A stretch of DNA of 64,000 nucleotides from an uncultured Nitrososphaeraceae archaeon (GCA_963765895.1 CAVXZB010000038.1:64001-128000); one strand, 5' to 3'; counted from the first letter of the stretch, positions 13,848 to 26,494 are shown. Numbers and translations: made by a program. Notes: generated by a model from the sequence alone, not told the origin.

Positions 13848-14003
13848 ATGGCAACGGCGTGTCTAGCTAGTTTTGCTATTTTAGCAGGCGGGTTATCCCT
13901 CGTTTATGGCCTAGGCTGGTATAAAAATAGAAAGTTTAAAAGACGAATTACTAGACGTGTTAAAGCTGTAGATTATCTCCCTGAACAACCAGCAACGAAC
14001 TAA
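13848..14003 (+). CDS. Small single-TM protein (51 aa), not in ORF track
   Basis: MATACLASFAILAGGLSLVYGLGWYKNRKFKRRITRRVKAVDYLPEQPATN: TM helix then a basic cluster. Confidence 0.6.
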   Translation: MATACLASFAILAGGLSLVYGLGWYKNRKFKRRITRRVKAVDYLPEQPATN

Positions 14004-14221
14004 CCAGATAATCCGTTAACCAGCTCACCAACTAACCAACTAAATATGACTTCTCATAGTTCAATACCTAATCATTCAGTTTGTCCTGAGCAGTAAAAAG
14101 GGGGGGCCTGTGTTGTTTAGCCAAGTAGAGCAACCCTTTGCAATTCGCGGCTAATTCGAATGCAAAATTTGCAAAGATTTTACAATCAAGTCTAATTCCT
14201 TCTATAAAATTGCATTAATCC

Positions 14222-14932
14222 GTGATAAAAGATTTATTCACCAACATCCTTATGAATAGCAGGACAGGGAAGCGAACAATGTCTAATTCGAATTCTGATT
14301 TAAATGAAAGCCCTAATCACTTTCTAGTACTTGATGCCATTACAAGAAGTGTTGGTAACCTGGAGAAGATTGCAAAAGTCACTAAATTGTCTAAAGAAGA
14401 AGTGGAATCGATTATTAATGATTTATTAACTCAGAGATTGATAGTCAAGGTCGAGAAAAAGGGCTTTTTCAGGAAGAAAGTCAACCTGGGGGTAACTGAA
14501 ATAGGGCTCAAACTACTCAACGCAAAAAAACAAGAGTTAGAAGAAAAAAGACAGCAAATGCAGCAGTCATTTGATAATGGTAACGGTACTCAATTACAAA
14601 GCTACATGGATGCAAATAGAATGTGGATACCTTTGATGTTGTTCTCAGGTATAATGGACGTTATGTTTTTCACGTCAATGATGTCTTTTATGGGAATGGG
14701 TATGAATCCAATAGAGAGTGCACTAACATCAGGTGATAGCGGTGTACAAGATACTGGGACAAATTCTGGTGAGGCGCACCAGGTTGACGATCACGGCGGG
14801 TCAGCAGATACTGCCGGTGATGGTGCAGGTGGTGGTGGTGGTGATAATATTGATGGATCTGGCGTTGATTCCGGCGGTTACGACACTGGCGGTTTTGATG
14901 GATTCGATGGTGGAGGATTTGACAGTTTCTAG
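14222..14932 (+). CDS. Winged-helix protein with hydrophobic segment and Gly/Asp-rich tail (start possibly 14279)
   Basis: LEKIAKVTKLSKEEVESIINDLLTQRLI...VTEIG wHTH; tail GGFDGFDGGGFDSF. Confidence 0.8.
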   Translation: MIKDLFTNILMNSRTGKRTMSNSNSDLNESPNHFLVLDAITRSVGNLEKIAKVTKLSKEEVESIINDLLTQRLIVKVEKKGFFRKKVNLGVTEIGLKLLNAKKQELEEKRQQMQQSFDNGNGTQLQSYMDANRMWIPLMLFSGIMDVMFFTSMMSFMGMGMNPIESALTSGDSGVQDTGTNSGEAHQVDDHGGSADTAGDGAGGGGGDNIDGSGVDSGGYDTGGFDGFDGGGFDSF

Positions 14933-15729
14933 AAAATGCAGTAACTTTATATCTTGTACAAGTGTTAATTGCTAAAGTGTCTTATTACGCCAAGCACTCG
15001 AGTAAAAGTAATAATAATTGAAAAATAATCAAATTATATTTGCATGGTTGTCTTTTCAGTCATAAACATTAATTGCGCATGCCAATGATATTGCTTCTGG
15101 CATTGACTATTTTAACCCGTGATACAGGTCTGGTATTCCAATCACTATTCTGCGGTAATTAGGTATCAGTTTCAAAAATTATCCACGAATTTTCTGATAC
15201 TATGAGATATCAAATTACCCTATTCAACAGGCATTATTCAATGTAAATGATATTTTGTTGATATGTAATGCTGATATGATATTGTTCGTAGATATAAGGC
15301 TCAAGGTTTCATCGACGTACAAATTTTGGTACTTTCAAGGCATAGTGAAACAGCATTGATAGTTCACCGCTATCTACTCATTTACGCTCATTGCGATTAT
15401 AAGGGATCCGACACAATTTGGAGGCCCAAGATAGGATCAAGTTATTAATATTGGAAATATCAACAAGTCGTTGGTCGGGGTTCGGTGGGATTCTGTCCCC
15501 GCATGTATAGGGGATTCGATTCTTTTGATTATTTAGCTTTTTCTTTTAAAGCCAAGAAAAACAGAACGGTATAATGTAAGCAAAAATTATTTAATTTAAG
15601 ACATATTGTCATTCTTTGGAAAGACTAGTCAACAACAGCTACAGAACTGTATAAATAGATAGCATAGATACTCATGATATATAATTCGAAACAAACAGAT
15701 ACGACAACCAAGACAACTATACTTTAATT

Positions 15730-16582
15730 ATGAATACTACGAAGAGCACAAATGAAAAGGCTTTCAACTTTGTAAAAATTTTCGAACCTCCTCGAAAGCC
15801 AAGACATGATGGAATAATAGAGATAAGGGGTCCTTATTACAGTGCCGTTACTATCACATATCTTCAAGATTTATTGGATATGTGGGGAGATTATATCGAT
15901 GGTTTCAAGTTTGCCGGCGGTTCTCAAAGGCTCCTATCTATTGAAATACTGAAAAAGATTATCGACATCTGCCATAAGTATGATGTTTATATTTCGACTG
16001 GCGGTTTTATAGAAAGAGTAATAGTACAAGGCTCTGGGGCAGTTGACAGGTATTTGGAAGAATGTAAATCATTAGGTTTTGATGTAGTTGAAGTTTCAAG
16101 TGGTCTTGCACCAATCCCATTAAGAGATAAAGTGGAAATAGTAAAGCAGGTAAAGAAAATGGGTATGAAGCCCAAGCCTGAAGTATCAATGATGTATGGT
16201 GCTGGAGCTGGGACACATATTTCAGGATATAAAACAAAGTTGAAGACACTCGAACGATCTCTTGGATGAAATAGATATGCATCAGAGCGCTGGTGCTGAA
16301 ATTATGATGATTGAGTCTGAAGGGATAACGGAGGATTTGCCCCCAGAAGAATGGAGGATAGATGTTATCACTGAGCTGAATAAAAAATTTGGTTTTAATT
16401 GGTTTATGTTTGAAGCTTCAGATCCACCTGTGTTTAAATGGTATCTTAAGCAATTTGGACCTAGCGTGAATTTGTTTATAAATCATTCCCAAATAGTTGA
16501 ATTTACTGCTTGGAAGACTCAGTTATGGGGAGACATAGACATTTGGAAAGATAAGACTCTATCATACAAAACACTTGAGTAA
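15730..16582 (+). CDS. comA: Phosphosulfolactate synthase (ComA/HSA32 family), frameshift near 16260
   Basis: KPRHDGIIEIRGPYY, IDGFKFAGGS, FDVVEVSSG, KPKPEV, IMMIESEG, FEASDP, VNLFI. Confidence 0.85.
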
Positions 16583-16840
16583 ATAAGTGGCTATAAACAG
16601 ACTGCATTACTTTAGATTATTTACATAAATATTGCAGTATATGTCTAATGCTAATAATAGAGATATCTTCATATTCCTTTTTTGGATAAGTCTCCCTTTG
16701 CAAACATTGTCTTTAGAATCTTAAGGCCTCGCAAATCTAAACACACTAAATGGACATGTAATCTGTAATGAGGTGGATTCCTGAGCGACAATCCTTGCTT
16801 GATAAATAAAATATGCGATGATGTACAATAATATGAAAAT

Positions 16841-17889
16841 ATGGCATCAAGAACAGGTCAAGAAATTCGTCTCAAGCAATATCCTAAAGGAACGCCTACT
16901 GAAGACATATTTGAGCTAGCTAAAGTAGATGTTCCAGAACCAAAGGAAGGAGAATTCTTAATACGCAATATATGGATGTCTGTAGACCCATATATGCGTG
17001 GACGGATGAGAAGTCCTCAAGAAACTAAGAGTTACATCTCGTCATTTCAACTAAATAAACCTCTTGATGGTGCATGTGTAGGTCAGATTATAGAATCTAA
17101 GAATAAAGATTTTACAGTAGGAGAATATGTTCTTGGGAGCTGTGGTTGGAGGGAAAATTGGCTTTCAAATGGTAGTGATATTTTGAAAATTAATTCAAAA
17201 ATTGCGCCAATACAGTCGTTTTTAGGCGTATTAGGTATGACCGGCCTTACTGCATATGTAGGACTTTTCAAAATAGGGAAATTAAAAGAAGGCAAGGATA
17301 CAGTGTTTGTTTCAGCTGCATCAGGAGCAGTAGGATCTGTTGTAGCCCAGATAGCAAAGATAAAAGGCTGTCATGTAGTAGGAAGTGCAGGTTCTGAAGA
17401 AAAGGTAGAGTGTTAGTAGATCAGGCCAAGTTAGATCATGCTTTTAACTATAAAAACATAGGCGAAAATAATAACCTCTCTTCTGAGCTAAAAAAGGCCT
17501 GTGCAGAAGGAATTGATCTCTATTTTGATAACGTCGGTGGAAAACATCTAGAAGCAGCAATAGATAATATGAAGACATTTGGAAGAATTGTGCTTTGTGG
17601 TATGATATCACAATATAATGCTGTTGCGCCTTATGCTTTACCAAACTTATTTCTGGCCATAACAAACAGACTTAGATTGCATGGATCTATCGTAAGAGAT
17701 CATTACGATATGCTAAATGAGTTTCATTCTTCGATGATTAAATGGATTAATGAAGGAAAAATTAAGTGGAAGGAAACAATTGTTGAAGGATTAGAAAATG
17801 CACCTAATGCATTTATTGGCTTATTTAATGGGGAAAACTTTGGCAAGATGCTGGTAAAAATTGGAACTGAGGCAGAAGTAGAGATTTAA
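16841..17889 (+). CDS. NADP-dependent oxidoreductase (prostaglandin reductase/CurA-like MDR), frameshift near 17411
   Basis: SVDPYMRGRM, LGMTGLTAY, VSAASGAVGS, YFDNVGG, CGMISQYN, GENFGK. Confidence 0.9.
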
Positions 17890-18507
17890 TCCGAAAATGA
17901 TTTCGTGAACTGATTATTTGCGGGGAAGCCAATTATCTATGTTGTCATCTTAGATTCCTATTTTATGTCTAATACATTTCCACCTTTTAGGTATTAGCAT
18001 TGCATAGTAATCTATCTATAAAATGTAGCGTTGGCGCGCGCCTTATGATAGATTTGCACACAACCTCATCTATATCAATACTATGATGCTAGGCTGAAGA
18101 TGGTATAAAATGAAGAATAAAAATAAAATGCAGAACAATACAAAATAAGATCACCCAAATTTTTGGCGAATCTCAACGGATGAATACATAATGTTTCCAA
18201 AGGAATTTAATCAAAAGTTATCAGGCAACAATGCATTGCTTGCATAGAATTTTGTTTCATTTTATCCTATCCGATCATATGAAGAGACTAATCAAATATC
18301 ATCGATACATATTAAGGGTCATAAAATAGCAATTGAAATGAATAAAGTATAGGAGTAATTGGCTACGTTATGATACTTTTAGAAAAATTGAGAATATCCT
18401 TAAATCCTTTAACGATATCTTATTTCAGCATCAAATAGATTAACGGTCGTATCAATAGGTCTGTTGTTATCACTTAAATTACAATAAACAATTAGATTAC
18501 TATCTTC

Positions 18508-18720
18508 TTATTTCCATTCCCAGCCTATAGTCATACCATTTCCTGCTTTATCTATTTGGTCTTTGAATATCACTACCAAACCCCTAACAATGCTCAGTTT
18601 ACCGTTTGGGGTTGTAGGGAAAAAATACAGCACCATTGTCCTTTGTTGATCCATTAGTATTTTCATGTCCTAGAGAGTAAAAATTGTATGTTCCTTTTAC
18701 CCATCAGTTGAAGTCATAGC
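18508..18720 (-). pseudogene. C-terminal fragment of a Nitrososphaera-type hypothetical protein
   Basis: FFPTTPNGKLSIVRGLVVIFKDQIDKAGNGMTIGWEWK*; upstream part disrupted. Confidence 0.5.
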
Positions 18721-19023
18721 TGCATGTTCTCTGTTCTAGGCGTCTTCAAGGACATTAAGAGGGAACTACATCCAAGTTTTTGTGAGTTGGTGGAAGCGTT
18801 CTATTCAAGTAGAATGACGAAAGTGAAAAGGCATGATGGACGGGGCAGCTGATCAGCGACAGCAGCGGAAGCAACGAAAAGGTAATTCTGTATACTAGCG
18901 CGTTATCGTAGCACAGGACATACTACATCAGCACTAATATCGTAAAATATTCTTAAACTTTCAAGATCGCTATGTCGGAACTGATAAAATAGTAATTCTA
19001 AATATACAAGGTGACGATATATA

Positions 19024-19512
19024 TTGAGCCTGTTGTACAAAGGCAAGCTGTTGCGTAAAAACATCAATATTTCCCTAGTTGGATTCGCCTTATTTTCCAG
19101 CATTTTCGGGATTTTGGTAACAACGTCATCAACATTTGTCCAAACATCGGATGCCGCAATGTATAAAGTAACAGGAGGAGGAAGCCTTAATGTTATTCTA
19201 CAACCCTCTCCGTTTCCAGTTATAAAAGGATCACAAACAAATCTCAAAGTTAGTTTTGACCAAAAAGGAAGTAGTGCGGCACAGGCCCACGTCGATTACG
19301 ATCTCACAATTATTAAGGATGGCAAACAAGTTTTTCAGTTATCATCGCAAGCAGGATATCCAAACCAACCACTACATACTGCTGAAGGTATAGTTACCAT
19401 ACCTTATACCTTTCAACAAACAGGACCTTACGTTATTAACATTACTGTATATGGGTTTCTCTTCAATCCGATAAAACCTGAAACTACACAATTTACGATA
19501 AGTGCAAATTAG
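19024..19512 (+). CDS. Secreted thaumarchaeal beta-sandwich protein, possibly copper-related
   Basis: Signal/TM segment, HVDYDLTIIKDGKQVF, LHTAEGIVTIPYTF; lies next to a multicopper oxidase. Confidence 0.75.
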   Translation: MSLLYKGKLLRKNINISLVGFALFSSIFGILVTTSSTFVQTSDAAMYKVTGGGSLNVILQPSPFPVIKGSQTNLKVSFDQKGSSAAQAHVDYDLTIIKDGKQVFQLSSQAGYPNQPLHTAEGIVTIPYTFQQTGPYVINITVYGFLFNPIKPETTQFTISAN

Positions 19513-20072
19513 TTGGCGTTATTATACCGATCTTGTCTACATCCTTGTAGGTTCTGCTTAACGGATTCTCTCTATTCGTAGTGCTTGATGGTTACTTGTT
19601 CTTGTTTCAAGTCAATCTAGAGTATCTCCTTTGAATCCTGGGAATATTCGGCGCCTTTAAAATTTGATGATGCGCCATGCAATGAACTCCTATTGCTCCA
19701 ATAAAAAGAGGTTCTTTGATGAAGTAAAGAAATGGATAAAGATTTTCGAATTAATAATTTTAACCAATCTATTACATAGTCCTCCTACATTAACGCATAC
19801 ATTCCTCTTATTGCAACCTGAGTATGCCCGCTGTACAAATAAACCTTATGTCGGACATGCAATTAATATCCAGGATATTGGATACAGAAAGGATTTTAGC
19901 ATATGTTGTGACCTTGATGGTCGTAGGACAGTTATCATATCCGATGTCCATTATATTGTTATCACATCTGATTATAAGGCAATTGTTACAAACGCTACCA
20001 ACCTCCATTAACCGTAGATTTTTGTTACCAGAAAGGTTAAGAATGAGTATTACCCTCTCTGAAAGAGGTAAT

Positions 20073-21555
20073 ATGAAAGAAGAACGCAATCTATCTTTAG
20101 GTTCATTTTTATCATTGGCTATTTTTGCAGGCCTACTTATATCTAGTATCGGTACCACCTCCTTCCTCGTCCAAAAGCAGGCATTTGGACAAGGTTTTAT
20201 AAAAAACCAACCTCAATCTACGCCTTTCCCTGGAATGAATTTTTCAAAGCCCAAAGATGTATGGAGTAAAAACGGCGTTTTGAAAACTACCATCACAGCA
20301 GATTATCAAGTGGGGAAGGTTGACAACAAGACAATCACTGCTATGGTTTATAATGGTTCTCTTCCAGGGCCTACCTTGCATGTCTATCCCGGAGATAGAC
20401 TGGAAATTAATTTGATAAATAATCTCAATGAGCCTACCAATGTCCATTTTCATGGATTTCATGTGTCTCCCGCAAATAATTCGGATAATATATTTCTGGA
20501 AGTTGCTCCTGGTAAGACACAGCATTATACTGTCTATATTCCAAAAGATCATCCTTGAGGTACTGACTGGTATCATCCACATTTACATGGGCTTACGTAT
20601 GCCCAAGTTTCGGCAGGTATGTCTGGGCTGCTTATTGTCGAAGGGTTACAAAAGTTATTGCCAAAGCCGTTACAGAATATCACAACACAGAACTTTGCCA
20701 TCAGAGATTTTCCATTTGACCCTTTATTCCAAACTACACGTAATATGAGTAATACACTTACAGGTCACGAAAGACTAACCGTTAACGGAGGAATCAACCC
20801 ACAGGTCAACATTAAATCCGGAGAGACTCAGTTATGGCGTATAGCAAACATCGGTTCTGAGAACTACGTCTCAGTCGGACTCACTGGCCACAAATTCCAT
20901 ATTATAGCAGAAGATGGATATCCGGTTTGGAAAGTACGGGAAAATAATACTCTTTTTCTTCCTTCTGGAAAGCGGTTTGATGTATTAGTAACTGGGACAG
21001 GTAACGGATCTTTTCCATTAAGCGTTGTTAACGACGCATTTAATGATCATCCGTTGGGTACGGTCCTTGCGACTGCACACGTACAAGGTAACCAAAAAGA
21101 TGTGAATATTATTCCAACAACTTTACGGACATTTTCCAGCGAGCAGAAAGACTTGAGTAATGCGACCATTGCTGCCTCACAGAGTCCTTTATTGGCAATC
21201 AGACGACAGAAACTGGATATACACGATAAATAACAGGACGTTTGATCCTAACAGATTAGATTATAAAGTAAAGCTTGGAACTGTAGAGGAGTGGAAGCGA
21301 ATAGGCCATGACCCCAAGGTATCCGGCAATTTTCATCCATTCCACATTCATACGAATCACTTTCAGGTAATGTCAGTTAATGGAAAACCATATAACGCTC
21401 ACGGATACCAAGATACAGTTATGATTCCAACTGCTCCAGGTAGTGTGGTTATTAGAATACCATTTAATGATTATGTGGGAAAATCCGTCTTTCACTGCCA
21501 TCTGCTCTTCCACGAGGACTATGGAATGATGGGTGACTTTGAGATCGTCAAATAG
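20073..21555 (+). pseudogene. Three-domain multicopper oxidase with in-frame TGA (20556-20558) and a frameshift near 21175
   Basis: HFHG, WYHPHLH, HPFHIH and HCHLLFHEDYGMM copper motifs; N-terminal signal sequence. Confidence 0.9.
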
Positions 21556-21566
21556 GTGAGATTGGC

Positions 21567-22083
21567 ATGTTGGAAAAGACAAATATTTCCCAAAAAGTCG
21601 CAGTCGTATCTTTGTTCATAGTTTCAAATCTTTGCCGCAGCCGGACTCACAACAGTGACCTTTCTTTCAGATTCAATTGTAGTAGCACAAAGCCTAGGAA
21701 ATGACCCACTTTCGAGTTGTGTCAAGACAGTTGGGGACGCGTTTGTGGGGAAGACAATTGGCGATAATCAAAATTGGACTAAAAGTACACAGAACTTCGT
21801 CTCCTTATTAATTACCGACAACACAGTAAAATTACTAAATGAAAATGTTGTTCATGATGGTTTTCCAGGAGATCCAGCAAAACCAATAACTGATATGGCC
21901 GGGATATGGGGTATGCTGAATAATGGAAATATGACTCAGTGGGACAGATTTCATTTGTTTCCGATGCAGGTTATTCATAACTTGGCATCCGCGCGACCAG
22001 AGTTTACCCAACTACAACAGATTATGCTAAGTAGATGCATCAGTGATAAGGTCAACACTTTAGGCCCTACTCCTGTGTATTAG
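21567..22083 (+). CDS. Secreted hypothetical protein, frameshift near 21628
   Basis: MLEKTNISQKVAVVSLFIVS shifts into IFAAAGLTTVTFLSD... and joins ORF 21655-22083. Confidence 0.6.
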
Positions 22084-22327
22084 GCCCATCGCCTTTTTAG
22101 GAACGAAATCCCCTAATACTTCCTTTTCTTGTTTATTTTGAATTTTTTATACTTAGCTGGTCTACTACATATTACTATAATAAATAACAATCGATCCTGA
22201 CTGTGAATATTAGAGATGTGCTTATAAGAAAGAATGAGAGAAGCAGTGATCTAATTGAATGAGGGATTATTGATATTTTCTTGACATATGACATATATAT
22301 TTAAGCAGTCAGAAAAATGTAATCGAT

Positions 22328-22460
22328 GTATCAATACAGTCTAATGGAGCAGATTTGGTAGATAAAGCATTCAATACAAGTACTGTTAATGTTAAAGTAA
22401 GAGATACAGTAGTATGGACCAACAATGATCCTGTTATTCAGACAATAGTTGAAGGAAGTC
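22328..22460 (+). pseudogene. Plastocyanin/cupredoxin fragment
   Basis: VSIQSNGADLVDKAFNTSTVNVKVRDTVVWTNNDPVIQTIVEG; the Cu-ligand His is replaced by Gln and the C-terminal ligands are absent. Confidence 0.7.
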
Positions 22461-22653
22461 ATCGCTTCCTTCAACTATAATCTTAGGTCCAATTAATATG
22501 AAGGTGGTGTGTAAAAAATATGGATATTTCTCTAGTTGCATTCGTCTTATTTCTCAGCATTTTCGGGATTTTGGTAACAACGTCATTCATCAGTCATTAC
22601 AGTGAGGGGGCAGCTTGGCTCTGCTCCTTCTGATCTAATGGCTGGTACAGATG

Positions 22654-22693
22654 CTGTTGTATTAGCTAGTTCTGTTGTTGTATTAGCTAGTTC
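22654..22693 (+). repeat. Short tandem duplication
   Basis: TGTTGTATTAGCTAGTTC twice, period 21 bp. Confidence 0.85.
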
Positions 22694-22910
22694 GTACTGT
22701 TTTATTGCCAACAACTGGTGTTGGTGGTGGTGGTGCTGGTGCACTACCAGGTACAAGTTGTGCCATGGCGAGGTTTTGTTGTAACGGCAAGATATTAGGC
22801 AAAATCGCGAACAGTACCGCTCCGATACTTAACACTATGCTAAAAGAAGATCCAGATTTCATCTCGTAACATAGAGAACGCGAATTATATAAAAGATTAT
22901 CACTGATAGG

Positions 22911-23490
22911 GGCTCTGTAGAAACCATGTATTGAACACCATTAGAGCTTTGTACGAGCATAATCCAGTATGGATGTTGAAAGAATCAAGATATGTTAGAT
23001 TGGCAAATACTACGTATCGTGTCTAAGAAGTTCAGGGATACTATTGTTTCTTCACAGAAAGAGCAATCATGTATTTATGATGTGGTAGCATTTGATATTG
23101 CTCACAATACAACAGTATGAAGGTAAGAGTTATAGAATGTTTGTCGAATGGCTGATTGAAGCCTATTACCTTAGATTATTTTAGGATTATAACGTATTCC
23201 TCATTTTACAACACTGCAAAAGTTTACAGATAGAATCAATAATGCGTTGCTTGAAAGATAATCTCCTCATTCATTGTAATAAGCGGTACCAAGCATATCA
23301 TTGTAGGAATAGATTCAACAGGATTCAAGATAACTCACGCTTCACAGTATTATGCTGAACGAACAGAAGCAAGAAGAAAACATGCAAATTATCTTTTGGA
23401 GCAGATGTATCGCAACAAATTATCTGTAACAGTAGGATAAGACGAGCTCTTAGCAAGACATGATAATATAGATTTTAGACCAGTTGATTG
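22911..23490 (+). mobile_element. Truncated, decayed IS5-family insertion sequence
   Basis: Left-end-like GGCTCTGTAGAAA at 22911; fragments MLKESRYVRLAN, YEGKSYRMFVEWL, IPHFTTLQKF, IVGIDSTGFKITHASQYY, RHDNIDF with stops and shifts; no right inverted repeat seen. Confidence 0.75.
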
Positions 23491-23676
23491 CGTTATCTGC
23501 GTTTATGCATGATGAATATAAAGAAAAACATTTAAAAACAAACGATGAGAAAACCATCTACAAAAAAATGCTGAATGACATACTAAATTATAACACATCA
23601 TGCAATTAATTACTAAACGATGCAATCTGAAATTAAGTATAAGCATGAAGAAAGATGACAAATTTTTTTTTTAAAT

Positions 23677-24299
23677 TTGGTTAAGCATGGTGTAAATTTG
23701 ATATTGGAGATAAATCTAGATAATAACAAAATTCTCAGACTTGTTGAAGGAGATATAACAGAAAGAAATGTTGATGTCATAGTAAATGCTGCAAATTCTT
23801 ACTTAAAACACGGCGGAGGAGTTGCAGACTGCCATCTAGGAAAAGGTGGAGCAGTTATTCAGGATGAAAGTGACATGATAATCACAGCTGGAGGTCTTGT
23901 TCCAGCTGGATCAGCCGTAATAACTACGGCTGGAAGGTTACCATGTAAAGCAATAATACACACAGTAGGTCCAAGAATGGGTGAAGGAAATGAAGATTAC
24001 AAGCTGAAGAAAAGCAGTTAGAAGTAGCCTTTTATTAGCATCCAGAAAAAGGCTTTACAAGTATTTCGATGCCAGCGATAAGTTCTGGGATATTTGGCTT
24101 TCCTAAGGACAGGTGTGCAAGTATACTTGTTGAAGAATCTAAAACGTTTCTTGAAGGATAATATAATAATAATAACACACAAAACAGCAACATCAGCAAT
24201 ACCAACACACAATCAAAATTGCACATTATAGAATTTTGCATATTTGATAATGAAACTGCAGTCCACTTTGAAAAAGAACTTGCCAATATCAAGAATTAA
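23677..24299 (+). CDS. Macrodomain (O-acetyl-ADP-ribose deacetylase/YmdB-like), several frameshifts
   Basis: GDITE..DVIVNAANSYLKHGGGVA, IIHTVGP; shifted ISMPAISSGIFGFP. Confidence 0.85.
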
Positions 24300-24345
24300 A
24301 TGCATATGTATTTACAAGCAATATTGTTTAAGTAGAAAACATATT

Positions 24346-26318
24346 ATGAATAACGGCTACAATAAGAAAGAACAACAACTACAGGCACAAAGACAGTATC
24401 CTTTTGAGAGATTTGCTTCAGTTAGAAGTTATACGGGTTTTGACTTTCTTAAGAAGATCCATCATGGCTATTATATATTGCCGATACAAATGGACAATTT
24501 AACGTATGGAGACAACGCTCTAACTTAAGTTCTGATGGTGAGCGATATGCATCTTATCAGACTAACTAATTTTATTGACGACACAGTTACGGCATATTTT
24601 TCCTTCTCCTGTAGACAATAGCATTATTTTCTTTGCAGACCATCAGGGAACAGAAAACTTTCAAATTTACAAGATTAAAGATGCATTTTCCTCTTGGCCA
24701 GAACCAATAACTCAGAATTTAAAAGTAAGGCATGAATGGGGAACTGAATGTTTTAGTCATAATGGCAAATACATTGCATATGGATTAAATGAAGATAATC
24801 CGTCAAACATGCTTGTGTATATAAAGGATATTACTAATGTTGACAGTAGCAAAATTTGTATTACCGACAATATAGAAGGTTGGTATATACCTGGATATTG
24901 GTCTCCAGATAACAAAAAACTAAATTGTTCTCAAGCTACTAGTTACCTTTACTGATTATGTAATTTGGCTTCTTTACATAGAAACTAGTGAGATGGTAAA
25001 GGTCATACCATCAGAGGATAAAATGCAGAAAGGCCGGTTTACTGTAGGACCATGGTCTCCAGACGGAAAAGGCTTCTATGTAATATCTGATTTAGAAAGA
25101 GAATTTGCAAATTTAGCATTTTACGATATTGATAAATCAAAACTTGAGTGGATATTAACACCGCGGTATGATATAGAATTAGTTGATTTAGTTCAGATGG
25201 TACATTACTGGCCTGGACTGAAAATATAGACGGATACAGTAGAATATTTATTAAAAATTTAGGCAATGGACAAACTGAAGAAATTACAAATTTATCATCA
25301 AATGGAGTTATAGAGGATTTAAAACTATCGCCAGATGGAAATAGAATTGGTATTATGATGACAACTCCAACCTCTCCATCTGATATATACGTTATAGATA
25401 TTAATATGAACAATAAAAAAGAAGAATACAAAACAAAAAAAGAAAAAGTAGTGTTCAAAAGCTCAGTCATTCATTTTTAGCAAATATACCAGAGAATATA
25501 TTGATAAGGCCAGAATTAATTAAATACAAGAGTTTTGATGGACTTGAGATTTCAGCATTTTCTGTACAAGCCAAAGGAAGAACGACACAGGGTTGTAGAC
25601 AATAAAGCTACAAAATTTGGGGCTATACTATCAATTCATGGTGGTCCTAGTGCGCAGGAAAGGCCATCGTATGATTATTCTGGACTTTATCAATATTTTT
25701 TAAATAATCGGTTAGTAGTTATTACCCCTAATTTCCGCGGCAGCACTGGTTACGGCAAAAGCTTTGAGAAAAAAATATACCATGACTGCGGTGGAGATGA
25801 ACTACATAGATTTAGAATATGCAATAAAATGGTTGAAATCACAAGATTGGATTGATGCTAATAGACTAGGCGTATTTGGTGCTAGTTTTGGGGGTTTTGC
25901 AACATTAAGTTGCATAACTAGATTACCACAATATAACTGGAATGGAGCGGTAGACATAGTAGGTCCAAGTAATCTTGTGACTTTTGCCAAAGCAGTACCA
26001 GAACACTGGAAACGATTTATGGGAGAATTAGTTGGAGATCCTGAGAAGGAAGAACATTTCCTCAAAGAAAGATCTCCTATTACATATGTAGACCTGATCA
26101 GTCCAACAACCAGTCTACTTGTAATACAAGGAGCTGAATGATCGAAGAGTAGTGAAAAATGAATCTGATCAAAATAGTTGAAAGATTAAAGGGCAAAAAT
26201 ATGGATATAGAATATATGGTTTTTGAAAGATGAAGGACACGGCTTTACCAAATATAGCAACCTTGTAAAGGCTCTGAAGAGATCTGCAGAATTCCTGGTA
26301 AATAAATTATCTATCTAA
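24346..26318 (+). CDS. S9 prolyl oligopeptidase/acylaminoacyl peptidase, multiply frameshifted
   Basis: Beta-propeller WSPD repeats, IHGGP, PNFRGSTGYG, GASFGG nucleophile, IQGA-(N)D-RV, DEGHGF. Confidence 0.9.
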
Positions 26319-26494
26319 TAATATTAACAAGTAGATAGGGTGGAAAACCTGTTGTGTACTTTGATTGTATTATTAATTAATGCTAGAGTATCAGATGAGG
26401 AGAAGGAGAAGGAAAGAATAAACAAACAAATAAAGGATGCAGCTGGGTTTGTTTACCAACAGATAGATTAATAAAAAAATGACCAAAGGAGATA

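Noticed and set aside
15470-15525. tRNA-like GC patch (GGGGATTCGATTC)
   Set aside because: No cloverleaf or acceptor stem could be built.
19824-20072. N-terminal extension of the multicopper oxidase ORF
   Set aside because: The signal sequence begins at ATG 20073; the upstream part looks non-coding.
20556-20558. Selenocysteine codon in the multicopper oxidase
   Set aside because: Not a Cys-equivalent position, other lesions are present, and no SECIS evidence.
22602-22784. 60-aa + strand ORF with WCWWWWCWC
   Set aside because: Antisense reading of a CCA/Pro-rich decayed fragment, not a credible precursor peptide.
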